The translations under genes and the position numbers were made by a program. The notes under the pieces are model-generated. The model did no database searches, had not been told where the DNA came from, and saw only the letters and a list, made by a program, of their open reading frames with translations. From the NCBI GenBank assembly GCA_965215885.1, contig CBDCEW010000086.1, forward strand, positions 1-64,000: a stretch of 64,000 bases of DNA, in the 5' to 3' direction. This document shows, one piece after another, positions 30,806 to 41,365 of the stretch (position 1 is its first letter; the number at the start of each line of letters is the position of its first letter). Origin of the DNA: Candidatus Moanibacter sp. (lineage in GTDB: Bacteria; Verrucomicrobiota; Verrucomicrobiia; Opitutales; UBA2987).

Positions 30806-32391
30806 ATGGGTCTTTTTTCGGATAAATGCAGCAAGTGTGGGACACCGGTAAAAAGGCGGCACGCTTTTGCAGGAAATGTGGCAGCGCGGCACCCAAGGGG
30901 TGGGTGAAGTCGCCTTTCAGCAGGAAATGGGTGGGAAACGATGCCGAGTTCGATCCCCATACCGGTGCGCGTCTCAACCTGGCGGACCTCGACAGTATCG
31001 ATCAGGATGGCTGGAAGAGGCGGGAATGTCTTCTCGCCCAAAGAATCGATGGGCGGCTCATTGAGAACCGGCTGCAGACGGCGCTCTATGTTCAAGAGGG
31101 AACCCGGGTCCTTCTTCAGGAAAAGGGCGAGTTTGTAAAGCTGCTGGAGCCCGGGAGGCATCAGACGAGTTCGGTATTTTCATTTTTTAAACGGGATGCC
31201 GCGACCGCTCCGCGCGATTTTGTATTCCACGAGTTTACGGAAGCGGGAATCGATATCCGATTCGACGGGCTTTATGCGAAAGACGGTCTTCAGGTGGATT
31301 TCGTTTCGCAGGTGAGCCTGATGTTCTCCGAAGAAAATATCGATGCCTTTATTGTAAACGTGCTTCGGGATCAGCGTGAATACTGGCTGAGTCAGTTGAG
31401 TGAATTTTTTGAGAATGAGATCATGCCGGGATTGAAACGGGACTGCGCGGAACTCGTCCAAATGCATTCGGTTGACGAGCTGTTCGAAAGTCCCGAAACA
31501 CGCCTGCAGCTGGAAGCGGACTTCCAGACCCGCCTCAATGCTCGACTGGGCGGCTTCGGGTTTGAGGTATTTCGGGTAGGCGCGATCGACTTCGAGGGCG
31601 AGGCGTATTTTAAACTGAAGGAGAAAAACGCCGAGGTCGAAGAGTTGCGCCGGAGCATTGAACTCGATCGGCTAATGCAGGAGCGGTTGACCGAACAGGA
31701 GAAGATCGAAGGACAGGGGGAATGGGACCGCGAGGCTTTCCTTCTCGAGATTCAGCAGGAGCGGGACCTGAAATCCGGTGAATTGGAGCATGCGCGCAAT
31801 TTGATCGGGAGCCAACAAGCGCACGAGTTGAGCATACAGGAACTCAAGCAACAGGTTGAGGCGGATGCGCTCAAGCGAGAGGAGACGCACCGCAACCTCG
31901 TCGATCAATTGCGAGGGCGTGCCGCGGAGACGGATGCCGAGATCGACGATACCAAGAAGTGGCTCGATGTAAAGAAAGCGAAGGAAGAGCAGGAACAGGA
32001 TCTCGAGCAGAGAGGCAAGCAGAAGGAAATCGAGATTGAAGCGCAACGACTGGATACTCTTGCGGGTCGGGACATCCAGACATTGATTGCCGCCATGAAT
32101 CCCGACAAACTTCTCGAGCTTCACCGGCAGCAGATGCAGACTGGTCGGACTCCTGAGGAATTGCTGGCGGCTGCTGCCGCGGAAAACCCGGAGGTGGCCC
32201 GGGCCTTGTTCGAAATGCAGGAGGCGAAGAGACGCAGTGATCGCGATGCCGTTGCGGAGACGCGGGAGCTGTATGAGAAAACGATGGCACAGTTGGAGCG
32301 GGTTGTATCGGAAACAGTTAAGAGTATGGCAAAATCCACGAAAGGTCCTGATGTGTCGCTGAACCCGAATTTTCCCAATAGGCTTTCCTGA
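30806..32391 (+). CDS. Double-zinc-ribbon SPFH/band-7-like protein with coiled-coil tail; one-base frameshift at A5 30850-30854
   Basis: ATG 30806 after GAGGGG gives MGLFSDKCSKCGTPVK; adding one A joins KAARFCRKCG; LYVQEGTRVLLQEKGEFVKLLEPGRH is SPFH-like. Confidence 0.75.
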
Positions 32392-32422
32392 ATTGGACAA
32401 GATTAGCTCAGATAGAAAAAAG

Positions 32423-34015
32423 ATGCTTGGCCGCTGCCCTAATTGTGACGCGTTAATCGACGAATTTGATACCGCCACATTTTGCGACCGGTGTGGGAAA
32501 TCACTTGTGGTAACGGCGGGAAACGGTGGGTCGATTCCACAGCCATCGGGGCATTCGGATCAGCAGAGCGAAGCGAGAATACCCAGGATTGAATTTCCCG
32601 AGCGGAGCGCCCCAGAGGATGACTCTCCCGCCGAGGGTAGTCGTGAGGCAATCTGGGCGCCGATGAGTGAGAGCGCTCTCAGAAAAGAAACGATCATTTC
32701 CAGCGGAACAATGCGAGATCACGAGGACCGCTCCTTCGTGCCGGAAAAAGGGGAAATCAGAGTTTCCTACGATGGCGCGCAGTTCTTTCAAGAAAGGCAG
32801 CTTGGGGGGCTGGATTTCAAGCTGGAGCGGGACGCCAATTGTAAGGATATCGTGATTGATACATTCGTTGACGAAGAGAGCAGGCATACCGTATCCCTGC
32901 GCAAGCATAAGGAGCTTTTTCAGTCTCGCGGGACAGATACCGATATTCGATTTTCTCTCCTTTTTGAATTTCCGGAAATGGATATGTCTCTTGAAAATAT
33001 ACCGGTCAACCTGTGCGCAGAATATCGATATAAAAAATCGTTGTTCAAGTATCAGGGGCAGTTTCGCGTCAGCTGCTTTGTCGCCACTGAAAATGTATCA
33101 AAAATAGCCGATTCCATCAAGATCACACTCGAGCAGGGCCATGCCGGCGGCCAGCAGGGTGTCAATCTGGGTGCTATCCGACCCCAGAATGCAGTCGAAA
33201 GCCAGGCACAGTATCTCCGAGAACTGAAAGGGCGACCCAAGCAATGGGTAGAGGTCAATCTGTTCAAGATTGCGGAAGAGAAAGAGGCGGAACCAATAAG
33301 CGTCATTCTACTGGAGAACCGACCGGCAACGGTGAAGGTGGAGAAGACGTTCGGACGCGAAGTCTGGCATCTGCTTACTTCGGATCCGAAAACTTTTGGA
33401 CGACAAAGCGATAACGATATTCGAGTGCTCCACTATGCTTCGGGGGATCGAGAGAAAACCAAAAAGTACAGCATGAATATCAGTCGCCGCCACTTCACGG
33501 TTTTGAGCGACGGGACCGGAGTTCTGATTAAGGACGGTGCGCGGAGTGAGGGAGGTGAGTGGAAACCATCTGCCCTGGGAATCTTTCGCAAAGGTGAAGA
33601 ATCGCGTAGCGAAGAGATTCATATCGGTCCCGGTGAGGAAGTGACACTGGAGATAAGGGAAGATTACAAGTTCGCCGTTATAGTGGGATACCGATTCCGC
33701 CTTTACTCCTTCGGGGAGCTGCGATTGGCTTATCCCGACGAGTACAGGGAGTGGAAAGGCCATTCTTTAGACCGTGAACTTGCTTGCCTGCTGGGACATC
33801 GGTTGGGTGTATTAAAGGAGCATGTTCTGATAATCTGGCATCCGGTGAATCTTCGGCATCTTGGCCTGGCCATGGATGATTGTTGGCTGGGGAACCGACA
33901 GTCAGCAAAGTCAGGCCGGGTTCGATATATCCGATTTTCCAACGATGCTCCGCTGCCCTCCGGTTGGTCAGTCGTTTCATATGGCAGACTTACATTTTCG
34001 AATCCGCACAGTTAA
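32423..34015 (+). CDS. Zinc-ribbon + FHA domain protein
   Basis: CPNC...FCDRCG; KTFGRQSDNDI...NISRRHFTV FHA motifs. Confidence 0.75.
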   Translation: MLGRCPNCDALIDEFDTATFCDRCGKSLVVTAGNGGSIPQPSGHSDQQSEARIPRIEFPERSAPEDDSPAEGSREAIWAPMSESALRKETIISSGTMRDHEDRSFVPEKGEIRVSYDGAQFFQERQLGGLDFKLERDANCKDIVIDTFVDEESRHTVSLRKHKELFQSRGTDTDIRFSLLFEFPEMDMSLENIPVNLCAEYRYKKSLFKYQGQFRVSCFVATENVSKIADSIKITLEQGHAGGQQGVNLGAIRPQNAVESQAQYLRELKGRPKQWVEVNLFKIAEEKEAEPISVILLENRPATVKVEKTFGREVWHLLTSDPKTFGRQSDNDIRVLHYASGDREKTKKYSMNISRRHFTVLSDGTGVLIKDGARSEGGEWKPSALGIFRKGEESRSEEIHIGPGEEVTLEIREDYKFAVIVGYRFRLYSFGELRLAYPDEYREWKGHSLDRELACLLGHRLGVLKEHVLIIWHPVNLRHLGLAMDDCWLGNRQSAKSGRVRYIRFSNDAPLPSGWSVVSYGRLTFSNPHS

Positions 34016-34056
34016 TTGGGAATGTGAAAAAAAGAAGGATGGGAAGGTAATTTCCT

Positions 34057-34833
34057 ATGAAAGTTAGAATAGCTAAAATGATTGTCATGTCGGCGGTCCT
34101 TATTCCAGGGCATGTGACGGTGATGGCTGATATTGAAGTGACGGCAGAGCGCATCGATCCGCGTATGGAAAATATGCGTGTGGGTGTAGGCGCATCTGAA
34201 GGCATCGTCGCCAAGGGCGATAGATTCCAAATGACAACACTGAGGAAGGAAATTAGCAGCACCCTCGGAGACCGCGGTTTTTATGTAGTGGAGAATGTAT
34301 ACGAGGAAGTCCGGGGCCCCGACATGATGGATATGATGTTGAAGGGGTGGAAGGAGGATCTCGACGTCGTCGTGGGCATCTATGCGGAGTACAAACCCTT
34401 TGACCGCACCGGTAATTTTTACCTGTTCGAAGGAAAGGCAACGGTTCGTGTGCTTCGCGGGGTCGATAGAAGGCTGCTGGGAATGAAGCGGTTTTCGGCT
34501 AAAGGTCAGAGGAAGTTAGGTGTCGAGGAAGCGGCGGAGAGCGCTGCGGAAATCCTTGCCAAAGAGATCAGTCAATGGGTAGGGCAGAATGTTAGTCCTT
34601 CCAAACTGGGCATCCAGGAAGCCGTGCTTCTCCTTAAAAAGATCAAGGACAAGGAGTTGGCTTCGACCATCAGATTCCTGAAAAGCGATCCCGCAATAAT
34701 CAGTGTTGAGACTGTCGATCCGTTGAAGCGGCGTCGCTGCAAGCTCAAACTCGTCTATTTCGAGAAAAACATCTCCGAAGGGATCGTTAATCGCGTGAGA
34801 GAAATCACCGGTAAGAAAGTCAAGAGACGTTAG
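34057..34833 (+). CDS. Exported hypothetical protein
   Basis: 258-aa ORF, signal-like N-terminus, operonic with the upstream genes. Confidence 0.65.
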   Translation: MKVRIAKMIVMSAVLIPGHVTVMADIEVTAERIDPRMENMRVGVGASEGIVAKGDRFQMTTLRKEISSTLGDRGFYVVENVYEEVRGPDMMDMMLKGWKEDLDVVVGIYAEYKPFDRTGNFYLFEGKATVRVLRGVDRRLLGMKRFSAKGQRKLGVEEAAESAAEILAKEISQWVGQNVSPSKLGIQEAVLLLKKIKDKELASTIRFLKSDPAIISVETVDPLKRRRCKLKLVYFEKNISEGIVNRVREITGKKVKRR

Positions 34834-34844
34834 CCGGCTAGTGC

Positions 34845-34961
34845 TTACTCACTGGGTTTTTGCTCCTTCCTCTTCTTAATCTTCTTGTTCTTAGGGCGTG
34901 TCTTGCCGTGGGAACCTCTCCAGATCTTCCCTTTCTTGCTCTTGCGGTCTCCTCTTCCCAT
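34845..34961 (-). CDS. thx: 30S ribosomal protein Thx (bTHX)
   Basis: MGRGDRKSKKGKIWRGSHGKTRP, 38 aa, highly basic. Confidence 0.9.
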   Translation of the reverse strand: MGRGDRKSKKGKIWRGSHGKTRPKNKKIKKRKEQKPSE

Positions 34962-35172
34962 AGATATTCTCCCCAACCTTACAGATTCTTTCTGTAACGA
35001 TGTCCAACCTTTTCTCGCAACTTTACAATTTGCACAATCCCGCTTTTCTTCAGTGGGTAAGTGGAATAGACTGCCGGATGCTGCGATTCGCCCGAGACGC
35101 GTCCTCCAAATTCGCGGGAAAAGCGGGTTAAGAACTTGTGCCCGATTGGGAAATCGCTTTGCTTGTGCGGAA

Positions 35173-36975
35173 ATGCGTCCATTTGTAGCGTCTCTTCTTC
35201 TCTTGGCCTGTCCCGGATTCATCTCCGCCAAACATAGTGCGGAGCCGGAGATAATGCCCCTGTCAGAGATCGAGCCGGGAATGAAAGGGGTTTGGAAGAC
35301 GGTGCTCTCGGGCACTACTGTCGAGAGCTTTCAGCTGGAAGTTCTGGGTATAGCCCAAAATTTTGTCGGGCCTCAGAGAGCGCTCATCATATGCCAGGCC
35401 CTCGATTCCAGGCTTAAATCGATGGGGCCGGTGGAGGGGATGAGCGGGAGTCCCGTCTATATAGAGAACCGGCTCGTGGGTGCCTATGCCTACGGAAACA
35501 CCTGGGCGAAAGAGCAGGCGATCATTGGCGTTACTCCCATTGAACAAATGCTTGAGGTTCTTCAGGATTATCCACTTCACACGGATGGGTCAGAGGTTGC
35601 ACCAATATCGACCGGTGAGTCGACTTGGCCGGGTAGATTCTCGGCTCTTGAAAATGGTGATGCATGGCAAGTCTCTGAGAGCGACGGTCGATTGCGGAGT
35701 GAAGAAATCGATTCGCTACTCCGCCCACTTCCGACACCGCTTCTGGCCTCCGGTTTTTCAGAGCGGACTCTGAAACTCTTCCAGCCAAAATTTGAAGAAC
35801 TCGGGCTCAAGATCCTTCAGGCCCCCTCGGGCAGCGTGGAGGATGGAACGAAACTCCACCTGGAACCGGGATCGCCCGTGGCAGCCGTGCTTATGAGCGG
35901 TGACTTCAACATTGCCGCCACGGGAACCGTGACCTATCGCAACGGCGACACTTTGTTGGCTTTTGGGCATCCCTTTTTCCAGATGGGAGAGGCCCAGCTA
36001 CCGATGGCCGGTGCGGAGATTATCACAGTAGTACAAACGCTGCCAAGCTCATTCAAATTGTCCAATACGGGACCCTTGGTAGGATCCATATTTCAGGACC
36101 GGCTGACGGCGGTGGCGGGGCAGATTGGGAAGTTTCCGCCTATGCTGGAAGTATCCATCAATACGAAGGCGCCCAACGGGAGAGTGAGAAAATTCTCGGG
36201 AAATCTTGTAGATCACCAGATGCTCACCCCCATTTTCGCATCGGCAGCTCTTATGCAATCACTCTTCGCGACCATGGAATCGGGTGAGGAGCAGACGTAT
36301 TTCGTCGACGGCACTGTAAATCTGGAAAAGCACAATCCGATTGAGTTTAGGAATGTCGCGTCGGGATCCAGTGGAGTGGCGGAGTTGTCAATGGGATTCT
36401 TGGAGCACTTGACGCGATTGTATAATAATCCCTTCGGCGTGCCACGGGTATCGTCGATCGAATTTGGCATCGAGTTGCGGAACGAGTGGCTCATCAGCAG
36501 TTTAAAAGCGGTTCAGGTAGAGAACCGGAGAGTCAGGGCAGGGGGAGAGATCGGTATGTCTTTAACCCTTTACAATTACCAGGACGAGTCGACACGACAT
36601 CGATTGTCGATACCGGTTCCAAAAGGATTAAAATCGGGTCAGAAACTTACCGTGCTCGTGGCCGACGCAGCGGAAGCCGAGCGCGTTAATGGAATACGCC
36701 AACCGCTTGTAACCTCCCTGGACGAGATAATAAATCAGTGGCGCGGAACTCTTTCCAAGCAGGCCGTATACGTAAAATTGATGCAAGAGTCGGCGGGACT
36801 TTCTTTCGAGGGCGAGAGGATGTTCGGTTTACCTCCTTCAGTTCGGTCGCTTTACACTTCCCCTGGCAACAATATTGCGAGGCAAACGCTGAACGAAGTG
36901 ACGCTTTGGGAGACTCAGATACCCGTAGAAGGTGAGTTTCGCGGGAGTTATCGAATACCGGTTAAGTTGGAGTAA
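35173..36975 (+). CDS. SpoIVB-like peptidase S55 domain protein
   Basis: IEPGMKG..KTV, GMSGSPVYI..RLVGA, LLAFGHPF. Confidence 0.9.
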   Translation: MRPFVASLLLLACPGFISAKHSAEPEIMPLSEIEPGMKGVWKTVLSGTTVESFQLEVLGIAQNFVGPQRALIICQALDSRLKSMGPVEGMSGSPVYIENRLVGAYAYGNTWAKEQAIIGVTPIEQMLEVLQDYPLHTDGSEVAPISTGESTWPGRFSALENGDAWQVSESDGRLRSEEIDSLLRPLPTPLLASGFSERTLKLFQPKFEELGLKILQAPSGSVEDGTKLHLEPGSPVAAVLMSGDFNIAATGTVTYRNGDTLLAFGHPFFQMGEAQLPMAGAEIITVVQTLPSSFKLSNTGPLVGSIFQDRLTAVAGQIGKFPPMLEVSINTKAPNGRVRKFSGNLVDHQMLTPIFASAALMQSLFATMESGEEQTYFVDGTVNLEKHNPIEFRNVASGSSGVAELSMGFLEHLTRLYNNPFGVPRVSSIEFGIELRNEWLISSLKAVQVENRRVRAGGEIGMSLTLYNYQDESTRHRLSIPVPKGLKSGQKLTVLVADAAEAERVNGIRQPLVTSLDEIINQWRGTLSKQAVYVKLMQESAGLSFEGERMFGLPPSVRSLYTSPGNNIARQTLNEVTLWETQIPVEGEFRGSYRIPVKLE

Positions 36976-37047
36976 TTTGAAATTCGAAACCGAATCCCGA
37001 TCCTGGGGTATAACGATCTTACTACTCCACATGTTCATTAGTTTGCG

Positions 37048-39243
37048 ATGAAGCGTTTCTTGCTCTCGTTTTTGTTTTTGAGTTTTCCTTTCTCTCTCGA
37101 TGGAGTGCAGACTCGGTCATACCGTCACGACAGCTATGAGGACTTTGTTTCGGGAGAGTTTGAAAATGTCTCGCTGAGCAACACCGGCGTTCTCAAGTTA
37201 GCGCCCGCTCTGGAAGAATTGGTGGAAATCAGCGCACCAATCGTCTGGACTGCAATTGCGGACAAAGACGGCAACCTCTATCTCGGTACCGGGAATTTGG
37301 GAAAAATACTGAAGGTAGATACGGAGGGTGAGATCTCCACGATGTTTTCGCCGGAAGAAGTATTGAGCCGCGCTCTGGCCATAGATGCGGAGGGCAACCT
37401 CTTCGTTGGAACTTCGCCGATGGGACGTGTATACCGCATCACTCCGGGAGGCCGGCCGGAGATTTATTTTGACCCACCTGAAAGCTACATCTGGAACTTG
37501 CTCTTTGATAAGGAAGGGAGTCTTTATGTCGCCACGGGCAGTGAAGCAGTAATTTACAAATTACCGGAGAACTTCCAGCCGGAAGACGAGCCGGTTATCT
37601 GGTTCGAGTGCGAACAGTCTCACCTCACCAGTCTAGCCTGGGATGCAGAAGGGAATCTCCTGGCGGGAAGCAGCCCGGAGGGAATCTTGTATAGAATCAC
37701 TGGAAACGGAAAAGGGTTTGCTCTCTATAATACCGGCGCGCAGGAGATTAAGCAGATACTGGCGAGAGAAGATGGCGGAATCTATTTTTCCACTTTCAGT
37801 ACGAAGCAGGTCGAGACGAAAACGGGTTCTGTAATTAGTAAAACCAAAGGGGAGAATTCCAATTCTTACACAGTTACAGCTAAACGGGGTGAGGGCGATT
37901 CGTCGAGGAACTTGGTCGGCAAGAAAAGCGGAAGCGGCAGTAGCATGATCTTTTTTATGGATCCGGAAGGATTTGTGGAAGCTTATTGGGGGTTACCGAA
38001 TGCACATATATTTTCCCTGGTCCTTAGTGATGAAAACCGTCTAATCGTTGGCACAAACGACCAGGGGCGCATCTTTTCCATCGAAGATCGCGGAAAATGG
38101 AGTCTCTTGCAGCAAGCTCCGGAAGGAGGCGAGATCTCAGTAATTCTCAAATCCGACGACGCTTCGGGCGCCCATTATCTATTTTCCAGCAACCCGGCTA
38201 AAATGTACCGAATGCATTCTGAACCGGCGGAATCGGGGACTTACATTTCCGCGGTATTTGATGCAAAGCAGATATCACGTTGGGGCAGATTACTTCCTTT
38301 GAGCGAGATAGCTACGGAAAACCATGAAGAATTTCGCACTCGCAGCGGCAATACGGGCGATCCGGATAAAACGTGGAGCGATTGGGAGGATGTTACATTG
38401 CGCGGAGAAGGCGTGACGGTATCGAGTCCGGTGGCCCGGTATCTTCAGTATCAATTCGGATTCAATTCCGCCGATTTCAGCGATCGGGAGTCCGGCATCC
38501 AGCAGGTACGAATATTCTATCAGTCAAAGAATGTGGCTCCCTACATTGCGGCAATTCGTATCGTTCCGATTGGATTTCAATTGTTAAAAACTGTCGCCAA
38601 TCAGCCCAATATCGACCTCGCTAAATTGATTGATGAAAAAGACACGGAAAAGCTGTTGAAAGTACCGCCGGTTCGACAGCAGTTGAGAAAAGCGGGAGAG
38701 GAAGGCTTGATGTCGGTCGCTTGGAAGTCTTTCGATTCAAATGGAGATGCCCTCACTTATACGCTTAGCATCAAGAATACGGTAAATCCGGATTGGATTG
38801 TCCTGGTGGAAGATCTCAAAGATCCGGTCGCTACATTCAACACCAACGGATTTGAGGAGGGCTACTATCGCGTAAAGGTAACGGCAAGTGACGAATCCGA
38901 CAACGAGGAGAATCAAGCACTTTCAGGATATCGATTAAGTGAAGTGTTTCTCATCGACAACTCTCCCCCTCAGGTTTCGGTGACAGAGCGCCGAGCGGAG
39001 CAGGAGAGTTTGCACTTGGAATTTCAGTCGGTTGACGATTTCAGTATTAATAAAGCGGCCTTCTATATTCTTGACGGGCGGCCCGCTCAGTCCATTCGCC
39101 CGATCGACAAGCTATTCGATTCAAAAATTGAGCGCTTTCAATTGATGATCGATTCTCTTGAGGAAGGATCCCACAGTCTCGTGCTCGAAGTCTACGATGA
39201 GAGTGGTCGATCCGGTGTCCTGACCGTGCCATTTGAGATTTGA
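37048..39243 (+). CDS. Exported beta-propeller/FN3-like protein
   Basis: Repeated DxxGNLYxGT blades, TRSGNT..PD.TWSDW, IDNSPP. Confidence 0.8.
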   Translation: MKRFLLSFLFLSFPFSLDGVQTRSYRHDSYEDFVSGEFENVSLSNTGVLKLAPALEELVEISAPIVWTAIADKDGNLYLGTGNLGKILKVDTEGEISTMFSPEEVLSRALAIDAEGNLFVGTSPMGRVYRITPGGRPEIYFDPPESYIWNLLFDKEGSLYVATGSEAVIYKLPENFQPEDEPVIWFECEQSHLTSLAWDAEGNLLAGSSPEGILYRITGNGKGFALYNTGAQEIKQILAREDGGIYFSTFSTKQVETKTGSVISKTKGENSNSYTVTAKRGEGDSSRNLVGKKSGSGSSMIFFMDPEGFVEAYWGLPNAHIFSLVLSDENRLIVGTNDQGRIFSIEDRGKWSLLQQAPEGGEISVILKSDDASGAHYLFSSNPAKMYRMHSEPAESGTYISAVFDAKQISRWGRLLPLSEIATENHEEFRTRSGNTGDPDKTWSDWEDVTLRGEGVTVSSPVARYLQYQFGFNSADFSDRESGIQQVRIFYQSKNVAPYIAAIRIVPIGFQLLKTVANQPNIDLAKLIDEKDTEKLLKVPPVRQQLRKAGEEGLMSVAWKSFDSNGDALTYTLSIKNTVNPDWIVLVEDLKDPVATFNTNGFEEGYYRVKVTASDESDNEENQALSGYRLSEVFLIDNSPPQVSVTERRAEQESLHLEFQSVDDFSINKAAFYILDGRPAQSIRPIDKLFDSKIERFQLMIDSLEEGSHSLVLEVYDESGRSGVLTVPFEI

Positions 39244-41018
39244 AAAGGACACACCATTGCAGCGAACTTACGAAGTCGGACAACGGCGCGACGGTGACGC
39301 TGATCGGATGGGTCGATTCAGTACGTGACCACGGCGGCATTCTGTTTGTCGATTTGCGTGATCGCGAAGGATTGACTCAGGTCGTTTTTGATCCGGACGA
39401 TAGGAGCTACGTCGGGCGCCTCAACGATCTTAAACCGGAATCCGTTATTGAGATAACTGGTGAAGTCAGTCTGAGGAGTGAGGAGACGATTAACGCAAAA
39501 CTGAAGACGGGTGAAATCGAGGTACATGCTCGGGAGTTGGTCATTCATAACGTCTCAGATACTCCCCCATTCCCTGTCGATGAGGAGAAAACGGCCAGCG
39601 TAAATGAGGATCTTCGCCTCCGATTTCGCTATCTCGATTTGCGCAGACCGAGCAATCTGGTGGTATTAAGAAAGAGACATCAGGCTTACCGGTCGGTCCG
39701 TAATTTCCTCGATGACAATGGATTTGTCGAAGTAGAGACCCCTTTACTCTTTAAGAGCACTCCAGAAGGCGCACGCGAATTCCTTGTGCCGAGCCGAATG
39801 AATCCGGGAGAATTTTATGCCCTCGTCCAGTCACCTCAACAGTACAAACAGATGCTGATGGTAGGTGGAGTGGAACGCTACTATCAGATTGCAAAGTGCT
39901 TTCGTGACGAAGACTTGCGGGCCGAACGTCAGCCCGAATTCACTCAGATCGATATCGAATTATCGTTTATCGACCGCGAAGACATGTACGCGCTCGTTGA
40001 AGGCCTTTTTCATCAGATTTGGAAGGACGTTCTGGGCGTGGATATCGAGACTCCGTTTCCACGACTTTCCTATCACGAGGCGATAAACCGCTTCGGAACA
40101 GATAAACCAGACACTCGTTTTGAACTCGAACTGGCGGATCTAAGCGAGGTATTTGCAGATTCCGGATTCAAAGTATTCTCCTCCACAATAGGCGGAGGTG
40201 GTGTAGTAAAGGCGCTTAACGCGAAGGGGTTGGCTGATATTACCCAGGGCGAATTAAGGGATCTGGAAGAGGCCGCAAAATCGCTGGGAGGGAAAGGACT
40301 GGCTTTCATTAAGGCGGAGGGCGGAGAATGGAAGTCGCCCATATTAAAGTTCTTCTCTGAAACTGAAAAGCGTGCCCTTAAGGACACCCTTGCTATCGAG
40401 GAAGGAGATATCGTCTTTTTCGCGGCGTCCGATTGGGAGCGCGCTTCAACGATACTGGGTCGGATTCGCAACGACTGTGCCACTTACCTTAAGAAACGTG
40501 GGAAATTGAAATTGGCGCCAGGCGAATACCACTTTCTCTGGGTAATTGAATTTCCGCTCATGCTCCACGATGCCGAGACCGGTGAATACGCTACCGCTCA
40601 TCACCCTTTTACCTCGCCGGTACCCGAAGATATTCCACTGCTGGAGACTGACCCTAAGGCGGTGCGTGGGCAGCACTACGATGTTGTCCTGAACGGAGTC
40701 GAATTGGGTGGGGGAAGCATCCGAATTCATGATTCGGAACTTCAGCGGAAGGTGTTTCAAGATGTTCTGAAGATCCCGCCCGATATTGTGAAGGATCGTT
40801 TCGGATACATGCTGGAGTCGTTCCGTTACGGAGCGCCTCCGCATGGTGGAATTGCTATCGGCTTCGACCGTCTGGTCGCGATCCTGACAGGTAAATCAAG
40901 CATTCGCGAGGTCATCGCATTTCCGAAAACCCAGAAGGGGCGATGCCTCATGAGCGATAGCCCGGGACCGGCCACGGATAAGCAATTGCGTGACTTGCAT
41001 ATCAAAACGTTGGAGTGA
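39240..41018 (+). CDS. aspS: Aspartate-tRNA ligase
   Basis: RTHHC, RDHGG, STPEGAREF, QSPQ, CFRDEDLR, GAPPHGG. Confidence 0.98.
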   Translation: MKRTHHCSELTKSDNGATVTLIGWVDSVRDHGGILFVDLRDREGLTQVVFDPDDRSYVGRLNDLKPESVIEITGEVSLRSEETINAKLKTGEIEVHARELVIHNVSDTPPFPVDEEKTASVNEDLRLRFRYLDLRRPSNLVVLRKRHQAYRSVRNFLDDNGFVEVETPLLFKSTPEGAREFLVPSRMNPGEFYALVQSPQQYKQMLMVGGVERYYQIAKCFRDEDLRAERQPEFTQIDIELSFIDREDMYALVEGLFHQIWKDVLGVDIETPFPRLSYHEAINRFGTDKPDTRFELELADLSEVFADSGFKVFSSTIGGGGVVKALNAKGLADITQGELRDLEEAAKSLGGKGLAFIKAEGGEWKSPILKFFSETEKRALKDTLAIEEGDIVFFAASDWERASTILGRIRNDCATYLKKRGKLKLAPGEYHFLWVIEFPLMLHDAETGEYATAHHPFTSPVPEDIPLLETDPKAVRGQHYDVVLNGVELGGGSIRIHDSELQRKVFQDVLKIPPDIVKDRFGYMLESFRYGAPPHGGIAIGFDRLVAILTGKSSIREVIAFPKTQKGRCLMSDSPGPATDKQLRDLHIKTLE

Positions 41019-41023
41019 GGATC

Positions 41024-41269
41024 TTACACCCCGCTTTCCAATCCGAATTCTTCCAGTTCGGGGGGATTCTTCTGCTTGTTCAGACGTTCGATTTTCAGTT
41101 CAGCATCCTTGAGCTTTTTCTGGCAGAGGTCTAAAAGTTTGTTACCCTGTTCGAATCTCTCGACAAGTTTCGTCAGGGGAATTTCACCACTCTCCATCGA
41201 TTCGATGATTGTCTCAAGTTTCTCGAGGGCTTCTTCAAATTCCGGACCATCTTCCTTCTTATCTGTCAT
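41024..41269 (-). CDS. xseB: Exodeoxyribonuclease VII small subunit
   Basis: FEEALEKLETIIESMESGEIPL...FEQG..LLDLCQKKL..AELKI. Confidence 0.95.
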   Translation of the reverse strand: MTDKKEDGPEFEEALEKLETIIESMESGEIPLTKLVERFEQGNKLLDLCQKKLKDAELKIERLNKQKNPPELEEFGLESGV

Positions 41270-41365
41270 GGCATTCTCCTCGCCTCGTTCTATTCAACAC
41301 CATTGACGGCGAATTAACAGTCGATAATGGGTGAAAACCGGTCAATCTGTAGGTTTTTGTGAAAA

